DNA from: a virus
Length of the DNA stretch: 64,000 nt
Reading direction: 5' to 3' (one strand)
IMG/VR virus record: IMGVR_UViG_3300037461_001096
Coordinates: 32,001 to 96,000 of that record
The notes under the pieces were generated by a model. It was given only the letters and a program-made list of their open reading frames with translations. It ran no database searches and was not told the DNA's origin. Shown here piece by piece: positions 56,601 through 64,000 of the stretch; the first letter of the stretch is position 1, and each line of letters begins with the position of its first letter. A program made the position numbers and the translations under genes.

Positions 56601-58211
56601 TTCGATACCATTATATATGGTATCAATTTGAGACACTGTGTCTTGATTCATAAATTCTTGTAGAGTCGTCGACTCAGCGTTTGGTACATCACCGAATTCC
56701 AGAGACTCTGGAATCAACATAACGATTGGCATGCCATACGCCCCAACCGGCCATGCGGGGGGAACTACCGGGTGTTCCTCAATTGGGGCATACTTGGTAG
56801 TGTCTGGAACTAATCCCATTTTTGCGCACGTACCCGCAACGACATCCTCAATTTTAACAAAGAAATTCTCCATTTCTTCTGAAGATGAGTCGCAGAACGG
56901 ATTAAAGATCTTAATCTCGGTACTTCCACTGACACTGCAGGTATTAGCGCCAGTTACAGTGCCGATTTGCATACCAAGCTTTGCTAGAGTTGTTTTGTTG
57001 GAACCAGACCCAATTTGCACCAAAGCAGATGGGCCAGTGGTTGACGATTTAACTTGAATATAATTTGCACTACCAACTTGGTGTACATATGCAACAATGC
57101 TACCGAACGCGGCATTGATTATATCAACAACACTTTGAGTAGATGATTCATTTGCATGAGCGGAAAACGTAATGGTATGACTGGTTGCGTCAACCTTCAA
57201 AACAATTGAATCGGAATCATTAAGTTGGTACGGCTCAGGCACTTTGGCCGTTATACGAGGCGACGCGTCAGATGTGTTGAAGGCTGTGTTAATCGCATTC
57301 ACCACATCAGTAACAGAGTTAATCGTTCCAAATGTAGTTTCGAAAGACCTTTCAGCACCATCAGCCAACCCGTGAGTTATACGTAACTTGTATGTTCCTA
57401 AAGCAGAGAAATCCCCACTGCTACTTATTAGAGCCGGCTGGGTTAGCCCAAATGCAAAAAATGACAGAGTGATCGATGTTCCATTTGAACTAAGTCTTCC
57501 ATACACTGTTTGTCCACCAACAGTGTTAACATACGAACCATCTTCTGCATATAAACCTGTGCTGGTTTGTGTAAGCACAGTTTCGCCGTTGGCGTATCGG
57601 AGCGGGAAGTACCCACCTCTCCCATCAAGGGAAGAAGTAATTATTCCACGTTTCTTAGCAGCGACCCCATACGCCGTTTTAGTACTAGCACCAAATTCGA
57701 GTCTCGAAAGCGTATTTTCTGTGTACCCAACATCTGTAATGATTGCCCAGGCCCCAGATCCAACATCAGCAGATGTTGGACCGACACTTGAAATTTGTAC
57801 ACTCCCATTGTTATCCGATGCGGCAACCTGATTGGTATACGTTGGGTTCAAAGCTCTATTAATCGCGCCTGAAACCTTGGCCGCGGTTAAAGATAGATCG
57901 CCGTCTATTGTTACAAAATCACCTGTTATGAATGTAACGACAATCGGGTTCCCACCGTTCAAACTCCGCATTTTGACGGCAAACGAGTCGCCTGCGTTTA
58001 TATTAATGAATGGGCCGGGACTGTCTCCAATTAAAACTGCTGGACAGTTTTCTTCGGCTCCACCAACAACACCCGTAACTGATGCATTTTTAAAATTTGT
58101 AAAATCACTGCCACTCAGCACCATCGTTGTGTCGTTCGGCTGTGATGGAAGTTGGTACTTGACGTAGTTTGTCCGCGGTTCGTTTACCTGAAATCCTCGA
58201 AGCCTTGCCAT
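53658..58211 (-). CDS. Large tail fibre/receptor-binding protein with a C-terminal right-handed beta-helix
   Basis: 1517 aa, G/S/T-rich; AVQDAIAFL...IYVKPGTY followed by parallel beta-helix repeats (ISRNNIEYC, ISANNIGYC). Confidence 0.7.
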   Translation of the reverse strand: MARLRGFQVNEPRTNYVKYQLPSQPNDTTMVLSGSDFTNFKNASVTGVVGGAEENCPAVLIGDSPGPFININAGDSFAVKMRSLNGGNPIVVTFITGDFVTIDGDLSLTAAKVSGAINRALNPTYTNQVAASDNNGSVQISSVGPTSADVGSGAWAIITDVGYTENTLSRLEFGASTKTAYGVAAKKRGIITSSLDGRGGYFPLRYANGETVLTQTSTGLYAEDGSYVNTVGGQTVYGRLSSNGTSITLSFFAFGLTQPALISSSGDFSALGTYKLRITHGLADGAERSFETTFGTINSVTDVVNAINTAFNTSDASPRITAKVPEPYQLNDSDSIVLKVDATSHTITFSAHANESSTQSVVDIINAAFGSIVAYVHQVGSANYIQVKSSTTGPSALVQIGSGSNKTTLAKLGMQIGTVTGANTCSVSGSTEIKIFNPFCDSSSEEMENFFVKIEDVVAGTCAKMGLVPDTTKYAPIEEHPVVPPAWPVGAYGMPIVMLIPESLEFGDVPNAESTTLQEFMNQDTVSQIDTIYNGIENSNKPVLLDKHGLITPTVFPSFLPHLSTGVMNIGSGIENPSSSRLNIPYIQGATSVKTLLFKSDGIPITDPPSSTKNTYSLRNYADSSTAVGKYVSTWNAWWNSSTSKWNKDISGKAATLISHGEDGSLRLGFQSNIDNTPWSDFSDLISVSSDNSDNGPTFQIANNGWLSSAGTMMFSDENIIGSGSGERLQLTSATALNGDFIPRVADKDAFEIDGEYSILRSLNARAYVTCGNGSTTFGDFNGTTAVQDAIAFLVLKSVKGAVIYVKPGTYTATSTISVSGMDLTVIGTGRQVTGAVCTIQKPSTGNTITFTRDGNGGRLRLENLSITANSGFYGVETTSGALLHADNCTIEQLCIRAPATFSNSDNVQVLIKRCQLNNVNVIGPTVSILDVANAAVPLVFEDCGFFSNTGIQTFFIKAVSGISGVYHMAGVLFNRCLFQLGTATMSGNNLNANTGILDLDPNGNDVRAGNGLIIDKVSYSDCSVACHTPAGGMNVLLHLLPTANGTNADTTGAYMYIDSLTFENTTFTHQPPTTVGHTNAFTIAYGARSVTVKNCKYDLTGPSGLSVHGTPTYDVAWAMHAGLYEGGVSGTPNGSWVGIKPWGSMAVMADDIKIDGLEMTGLLQLSASYSGGNPICEGDVYLLYCHILDVRNVNCHDYSGHAGSSRYLPRYRWHIFNLGQESMTGNGLTYKPSGVIDHMILQGRNAIKSGSGWSSIGHVRLNASDIHVKNSSIIDFKLNDGSTADDGSGFMCYVDGNWDAPWYNTNFKITDCTIQYTNNGIEVDLLEETDGAGGFEISRNNIEYCKYGGIHLTTVYLKRSGLISANNIGYCTKPGIIYYYKSANHFCSVNIVDNLLKKNFSADTSPSNGKRQIHIFPAGTGTGYENLIPAVFLDRNCCSFWSILDDFGYIGISLTDGTGTPEHPTTPGPIPGSGSYLGMLYGAETGLNATPATYKYVDEDLMVRNQACLKTPSTAL

Positions 58212-58236
58212 TCGAAATCTCCAGCAGAAGATTGAA

Positions 58237-58247
58237 CAAAAAGATTA
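58237..58247 (-). promoter_or_regulatory. Candidate late-promoter motif TAATCTTTTTG (example of a recurring element)
   Basis: Similar TARYCTTYTR elements lie upstream of many minus-strand structural genes. Confidence 0.45.
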
Positions 58248-58342
58248 TCTGTCTCTTAGGTAACAATCTCTGCAAACTGGCATACGTTGTAACAATTCAA
58301 GTATGTCAACACACTTTACGGAAAAACCTGACATAATTAGTC

Positions 58343-61300
58343 TTACTTAAGAGCGTAAAAAACCTCAAGAACATCTGATGTAATCAGAGAAGGAAAAGAC
58401 GTTAAGTATGTGATATCTCGATTTAGAGGTGGTCCACCGACAGTATAATCAACGCCATACTGAAGTTTAGATCCATTCAGCCAAGCCTGCACGGTGGCCG
58501 GGTCTAGAGGTGACCCACTCAATGCATCTGGAAAAAGTGTTTGCCCATCTGACGAAATAGTGATCGTTTCTTGTCGGAATGAACCCAAGTTTGGATCACT
58601 CGATCCAAAGAATATTGGATCGTCCCACACATCATTAACAAACATAGGCTTTGCAGTGGGTACAATGTCCATGTCAACACCACTCCTGCGCTTCTCAAGC
58701 GGTCGTCCCCAAATCCGGAATCTATCAGCAGCTGTGTACCCCTCGTTTACACCGGATGCGGAATGGGAAACCTCTGTCCCCCTGAAATAGGAAGGGGACG
58801 CGTGTGTAACGATGAACATCTGCAGTTCATGTCCCGGGTGGACTTCACTGGAGTTCACAACTTCTGGTTGAGAACGTACGAGATACGCGACACCAGACAT
58901 AACAGCGCCAACTTCAAAGTTGGGTTTTGCCTTAGTTAGTTTAGCAACGATCCCAGATCCGGCCCATGGAGACGTAACTGAGTATGCGGCTCCTCCCCTT
59001 GTTGTCTTAAAATTATACACATCAGTCGTAGAGCCAGTCCCATCAACGCGAATCAAAGCTTCGCCACCATTTCCAGTGATGTTTGACGCGTTCCCGCAAA
59101 CAAACTCGGTCCCTTCCCATCGTGGAATGCCGGCAACTGATGGGTCTTGAGCAGATTGAAACGGCTGGAACGAAAGCGTTCCAAGGGGAATCAACGCGGC
59201 ATTTGATGCAGACCTTGTTTGGTATAAAGTTTTTCCAATGAAATCCTTATCCCGGAAATAAATTCCAAGAGGAAGATTGCTAACACATCCAGCGAACTCT
59301 GGATGTAAATCTCGGTCGTACGCTTCAGACATGGCCCCACGTTTCACTGCTGGTCTTGACGCAACTGAGGCGGCAGTCACTGGGAATTTTGGTGTTGCCC
59401 AGTCTTCATATCCGACACGATTAAGTGAAAACCTTCGATCCAGGTCAACTAAAGTTCCGGCATAGTCAGGAACCCCGTTAGGATTACTAACTGTGCTGAG
59501 CATTGGGATAGGTGTTGACCCGGATAGACGGCCAGTCCCAAGAGATGTCACAAACGGTAGGGATGTTAGAATTTCAAAACCGGCTTTATTTTTTAGGGTT
59601 AACGTATTCGGAGGTCCAAGTGGATGGTTAAAAATTGCCTGCGCTTCTCCAACCGATAGAGGTCCAATTCTTTGTAGATCATCAGAGTGTGACCCCTGGG
59701 TCCCGAAGACATCACCTTGATACGGCATCCTACTATAATATACTGTGACTTCGTTATTGACGTAATTCAACGACATTGGAGCAGGCACAATGACTCCAAC
59801 GGTGTTATCGCTAGATGTCGTGAAATTATTGACATCGACACTGATTGATCCGCCACTTATCATTTTGCATATCAGTAAACGAGCGTTCGTCTGCAAGAAT
59901 CCCCTGTCAAAAGCAAATAGCGTGCATTCAACAAGGAAGTTTGAGTTATCAAATGTCGTTCCTGCCGGAGCTTTACTAAAATCGAGGGCGTCTGCACTTA
60001 AAACAAAAGTTAAGTCCCCGTTTGCATCAACACTGAGTAGGACTGTGGCAGCGTCACAGTCATCACGGAGCAGGTTTATACTCGTCCCAACACCACCAAC
60101 GTATATCCTATTGTTGTCGAATGGACTCGCCGGGGATGGTACAACTGGATCTGTAATTGGATCTCTCAGATATACCCCTGTTATCCTGGCTGGAGCCAAA
60201 AATGGTGGGAATTGTATGCCCTTAAATGATCCACCAGAAGCAGAGCTAACTGTTGAATTGATATACTTTTGACCAAAAATAGACATACTTCCACTAGCTT
60301 GTCCGTATGTCTCGGACGGTACAGGCGTAACAATATAAAATCCTGGAGCCCCTGACGGGTAACAGACGAGATTCCTGTTCCAATCTGATGTATTTGTAGC
60401 GGCAAATGGACCTTCTTTCGACATAAGTAAGAAGTTAAGTCCAGATGGAAAAATGCCGTTAGTGACTGGAATAATTGGGATATGATGCAATCCTGGCCGT
60501 GGCATCCACTCCATCGGCAGTTCGACATACCTCGTGTCAGCATAGTTTGCCGTACCAGAAGCTCGTTGACTATAAAATAAACTCAGTGGATCAGTAACTG
60601 AATAAACAGTTGTTAGTCCATCCTGGCTGAGTTTTGGCATGGGTCCTTGAAACGACGGTGAAAGTTGCGTCCCATACCAATTCAATCGGTATCCACTACG
60701 AACAAGCAATTTTGGGGTAAGCATATTTCGATATGGGGCTACATACACAGTCTTAGACCCCGGATCGATCATAACCTCAGAAGTTATAGCTAGTGTTCTA
60801 TTACGCCCGGTCTGAACGAGCGGAGAATCCCCAAGATAAGTTGGGATCATCCTGTTCATTGTGGGTAGACCAGGTCTTGTCATAACCTTTGATGAATTAC
60901 TCGGGCTTCCAAGCCAATTCACAGCATGGATATGCTTCGGCTTATGGGACAAACCCCTCCCAGCACCATATACAACGGCAAACTGGATGTGTAAGACCGT
61001 CGCTATAGCCAAATCCGTAGATGGAGATGTGAATCCATACATCGCGTCATCAAATTCAGTTAACTTTGTGCTGTCTGTACCTGAATTGAACTTGATCACA
61101 AGATCCCCAGAAGAATTAATTGAAACATCAATACCCTGACCATGCTTCATTATATGATTGCCAATCAGATCATATTCAACTAGGCCGTTTAGCATTGTTG
61201 GGTAACTAACGGTTGGAGCTGTATCTGGGTTAATTATATCCGGACCTTGTACAGGTGGGGGACCTGGGTCAGTAATATTTAATAACATCCCACCGTTTGG

Positions 61301-63079
61301 ATCTGTTGTCATTCCTTCAAAGCGGAGTAAAACAGCATCCGGGTCTTCGCTTGGCAAAACAAACCTGACTTGGTCTGCATCTGTTAATGGAAGGCCGGCC
61401 TGAAAGTCGGATAGTTTGATAGTAATTTCATCTCCGTTCCACCACCAGTCAACTCCGCCTTGCTGCCTATTACCTCCACCAGGTGTTTTGGTAGCTGCTG
61501 TCCAGCTGACAGTTGTGTTATACGGAGTAACGCCAATGGATAGGAGGTCACCGACGGTGCCAGCGTCCGATGGGATTCTCGCAACCGCTGAATAACGTTC
61601 TGTTACGACCGCGTCAGAAAAAGCTCTTCGGTTCCCGTTTGGTGCATCAAGGCGAGACAGTCCACCAACGAAAGTGGTTGAATCAGTAATTCTGTCTCCA
61701 TACAAAACAATCGATCCAGAAGAATTTGTTGACCCATAACGCTTCCAAGTAGTACGCAGGTTTCCTTTCAAAAGCTCAACCAAATTGGTCTTAAGCAATG
61801 TCCCATAGTCATAACTATCCAAGACAACATGTCGCATGTCGAGGATGTCAGTTAACGCGACCTGATCAGCAAATAAGCCGTCCGGCCTTGTTGTAACAAG
61901 AGTCAATGAGGCCCCCATTTTGTGATCTCGAATCACAGTTTGAAGGGCTCCGCGACTAATGTTTACAACATATGCAGTCGGACTTGTCTGAACAATGCTG
62001 TCAACCTTAATGACCTCATCATCGATCTTAAAATACGCCTCACCAAAGTTTGTCATAGTGGTGAGAACTGTCCCAACAATGCTTGTCAGAGTGAACGAAA
62101 AATCGGTGGCGAGCAGATCTGATGGTAGAGATACGCCTGTTGTATAAATAGTCACCCCGTTTCTATCAGAAGCTTGGCTATTTCTATTGAAGGCTCCAGA
62201 AAGATTCCCAATGTCAGAAAACCCAGCGGAGTTTCGCCGGAATACCGTGCAAAGTGGAATTGCGTACACATATCCGTCTACAGTTCCAAATGTAGACGGA
62301 TCCCCCGTCCCAGCCCTCCACAACCCTGGGTCTCCAAGAGTTTGGCGCATGTTCTGAAATGCTGTAGAACTTGGAGACGATAGCATGCCTTGGGCAAAAA
62401 CAAGGGTTGGGTCAAATCCCTCCGGATTCTGCGCCATGTTAACATCTGCAACGACTCGAATCCTATATTGGATTTGAACACGTCCAGTTGTCTCATAATT
62501 AAGATCTGGATCAACAATGCCGTCCGGCAAAAATGAGAAACCACCCTCAACGTTCCCAAAGCGCCACACATATCCGCGCTGGGGTTTGCCTGGAGCGACA
62601 GCCGAAGTAGGGTCTGAATCAATTCTAGCAAGCCATACCTCAAGAAACACAAATTCAGCGCGGTTACCACCTGTAGATGTGTTCGGAGGATTAAGAGCAA
62701 TTTTATTCCATGTATCAACATCATTTGGGACAAGGGGAGGGCTTCCAGTGCGTGTTCCAGCCACCGGGACCATCCACCCGTTTACGACTGCCCAAGCAAG
62801 ATTTCTAATCTCAGTTGATGAATTTCGTCCGAAATAAAACTGATTTGAATATGAAGCATCAGTTTTGAAATCCCCATATGGATTTGATAAATCCGCTAAC
62901 CAACCAGACGGATACCTCGACCTCATGGTTTCGGCCCGAGCCTCGAGGTCCATAAGAGAGATTAAATTTAATTCAGCATCACAAGGTGGCTTTGTCTTTC
63001 GAAAGACAACGGTCGCAAACTGGCGATCCCTATCGTCAATATATCGTGAAACGCCTGGTCCAAGAGGATTCGTCGGCAT
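58343..63079 (-). CDS. Large baseplate/tail structural protein
   Basis: 1578 aa; VVFRKTKPPCDAELN and FVFLEVW...ETTGRVQIQYRIRV motifs; C-terminal GSKLQYGVDYTV Ig-like domain. Confidence 0.65.
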   Translation of the reverse strand: MPTNPLGPGVSRYIDDRDRQFATVVFRKTKPPCDAELNLISLMDLEARAETMRSRYPSGWLADLSNPYGDFKTDASYSNQFYFGRNSSTEIRNLAWAVVNGWMVPVAGTRTGSPPLVPNDVDTWNKIALNPPNTSTGGNRAEFVFLEVWLARIDSDPTSAVAPGKPQRGYVWRFGNVEGGFSFLPDGIVDPDLNYETTGRVQIQYRIRVVADVNMAQNPEGFDPTLVFAQGMLSSPSSTAFQNMRQTLGDPGLWRAGTGDPSTFGTVDGYVYAIPLCTVFRRNSAGFSDIGNLSGAFNRNSQASDRNGVTIYTTGVSLPSDLLATDFSFTLTSIVGTVLTTMTNFGEAYFKIDDEVIKVDSIVQTSPTAYVVNISRGALQTVIRDHKMGASLTLVTTRPDGLFADQVALTDILDMRHVVLDSYDYGTLLKTNLVELLKGNLRTTWKRYGSTNSSGSIVLYGDRITDSTTFVGGLSRLDAPNGNRRAFSDAVVTERYSAVARIPSDAGTVGDLLSIGVTPYNTTVSWTAATKTPGGGNRQQGGVDWWWNGDEITIKLSDFQAGLPLTDADQVRFVLPSEDPDAVLLRFEGMTTDPNGGMLLNITDPGPPPVQGPDIINPDTAPTVSYPTMLNGLVEYDLIGNHIMKHGQGIDVSINSSGDLVIKFNSGTDSTKLTEFDDAMYGFTSPSTDLAIATVLHIQFAVVYGAGRGLSHKPKHIHAVNWLGSPSNSSKVMTRPGLPTMNRMIPTYLGDSPLVQTGRNRTLAITSEVMIDPGSKTVYVAPYRNMLTPKLLVRSGYRLNWYGTQLSPSFQGPMPKLSQDGLTTVYSVTDPLSLFYSQRASGTANYADTRYVELPMEWMPRPGLHHIPIIPVTNGIFPSGLNFLLMSKEGPFAATNTSDWNRNLVCYPSGAPGFYIVTPVPSETYGQASGSMSIFGQKYINSTVSSASGGSFKGIQFPPFLAPARITGVYLRDPITDPVVPSPASPFDNNRIYVGGVGTSINLLRDDCDAATVLLSVDANGDLTFVLSADALDFSKAPAGTTFDNSNFLVECTLFAFDRGFLQTNARLLICKMISGGSISVDVNNFTTSSDNTVGVIVPAPMSLNYVNNEVTVYYSRMPYQGDVFGTQGSHSDDLQRIGPLSVGEAQAIFNHPLGPPNTLTLKNKAGFEILTSLPFVTSLGTGRLSGSTPIPMLSTVSNPNGVPDYAGTLVDLDRRFSLNRVGYEDWATPKFPVTAASVASRPAVKRGAMSEAYDRDLHPEFAGCVSNLPLGIYFRDKDFIGKTLYQTRSASNAALIPLGTLSFQPFQSAQDPSVAGIPRWEGTEFVCGNASNITGNGGEALIRVDGTGSTTDVYNFKTTRGGAAYSVTSPWAGSGIVAKLTKAKPNFEVGAVMSGVAYLVRSQPEVVNSSEVHPGHELQMFIVTHASPSYFRGTEVSHSASGVNEGYTAADRFRIWGRPLEKRRSGVDMDIVPTAKPMFVNDVWDDPIFFGSSDPNLGSFRQETITISSDGQTLFPDALSGSPLDPATVQAWLNGSKLQYGVDYTVGGPPLNRDITYLTSFPSLITSDVLEVFYALK

Positions 63080-63178
63080 TCGTACAGCTCCGTATTAGTC
63101 AAACGCAATAACCACCAAAAGGTCGCATAAGTGGCCTAGTTGAACCATACCCGAAAATTTAACAGCCAGACAGAAGGG

Positions 63179-63832
63179 TTATTCTCCCGTCTTAAACATC
63201 ATCATCCAATCTGACAAGTAGACTGTGTATGAAGAACCGTTATAAAATCCAACAACGAAATCATCCGGTAACGCCAGTGTTCTAAGTTCATCCGGAACAA
63301 CATCTTCGATGAGCACAAGAGCGTCGGTATACAAACTAACTTGAACATTTAACAGAGAAGGATCGATAAAATTTTGTCCTCCTTCATCGAAATTATAAAA
63401 TCTACAACTGTAATCAATGTTATTGTAGCTTGTTTCCTTAGAGCCATAAATAAACGTATTGAAGTGAAAAACGTATTTGGAAACATTAGAGACTGAATGA
63501 ACTTGTGTGTATAATTCCCCTCCAGGACGGATTGATGTGGTCTTTGCAACCCCTCCACATGTGATCAAAGTCGAGTTAACAGTATCACAGTCACTTCCAT
63601 CAATAAATTCTTCAGCAACCGGGGAGGTATCTATATATGGTTGATATAATAACTTGAGCGCTTCGAATTTAGCGTTAATGAATTGATTAATGGTAGACCC
63701 ATTCGGAAGAATAGATTCCGGAATGTCGATTGGACAGTCACATACAATAATGTCTGAAGGTATCGGAAAGACAAGCTTGGAATTTGCGACACGCCCGATG
63801 ATTGTTCCATCTGATTTGGCCAGAAACTTCAT
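63179..63832 (-). CDS. Hypothetical virion protein
   Basis: 217 aa in the tail/baseplate operon. Confidence 0.55.
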   Translation of the reverse strand: MKFLAKSDGTIIGRVANSKLVFPIPSDIIVCDCPIDIPESILPNGSTINQFINAKFEALKLLYQPYIDTSPVAEEFIDGSDCDTVNSTLITCGGVAKTTSIRPGGELYTQVHSVSNVSKYVFHFNTFIYGSKETSYNNIDYSCRFYNFDEGGQNFIDPSLLNVQVSLYTDALVLIEDVVPDELRTLALPDDFVVGFYNGSSYTVYLSDWMMMFKTGE

Positions 63833-64000
63833 TGAGTGAGTCTCCTGGAATTTATAAGATTTCCACGTGTCCTATAAATTGACACACATCCTGAACTTGA
63901 TGTTGGTAAAACCGAAATTGACGACAACGAATCCGTCCCATAGGTTGTAAACAATGCAAGGACCAAAGTTCCTGGTCGGATTTGATTTGTATCCGTTGAC
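63829..64000 (-). CDS. 3' end of an upstream structural gene (partial)
   Basis: Open frame ...IRPGTLVLALFTTY...IYRTRGNLINSRRLTQ*; TGA overlaps the next ATG. Confidence 0.55.
   Translation of the reverse strand, partial: STDTNQIRPGTLVLALFTTYGTDSLSSISVLPTSSSGCVSIYRTRGNLINSRRLTQ

Noticed and set aside
53658-63079. Diversity-generating retroelement or invertible tail-fibre cassette
   Set aside because: No reverse transcriptase, template/variable repeat pair or invertase seen in the window.
1-64000. tRNA or rRNA genes, and assignment to a eukaryotic giant virus because of the ankyrins and DnaJ
   Set aside because: No cloverleaf or rRNA-like sequence was seen by eye in the short intergenic gaps (no tRNA scan run). 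SD sites, coupled operons, a sigma factor, a tail sheath and DnaB indicate a bacteriophage.

Overview
This window is a 64-kb segment of a large (jumbo-type) contractile-tailed dsDNA phage genome, read in the standard genetic code. It holds virion morphogenesis genes: a partial tail sheath, neck/adaptor-like genes, a baseplate-like protein and a beta-helix tail fibre. It also holds a replication module: family A DNA polymerase, a DnaB-like helicase with two inteins, a putative helicase loader, a CHC2 primase zinc finger and an SNF2 helicase. Other genes include a phage sigma factor, two J-domain proteins, two paralogous ankyrin proteins and host-derived nucleotide genes (purC, folD, pyrF). pyrF sits in a sharply bounded island of roughly 70% GC that looks recently captured; a myxobacterial host is my inference. 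The most striking feature is six free-standing genes that each fuse a DNA endonuclease to a Mom-like GNAT domain. Four have a ~60-aa Zn-ribbon repeat array plus a Vsr/DUF559-like nuclease (Hef-like); two have tandem HNH domains. Other signals: a shared C-terminal [IV]xx[IV]Mxx motif on unrelated proteins, an N-terminal xAxR[VI][AS] motif on probable head proteins, two candidate promoter classes, non-canonical ATT/ATA starts and a duplicated expression cassette. I saw no rRNA, tRNA, CRISPR array or reverse transcriptase. All calls come from reading motifs by eye; no database searches were run.
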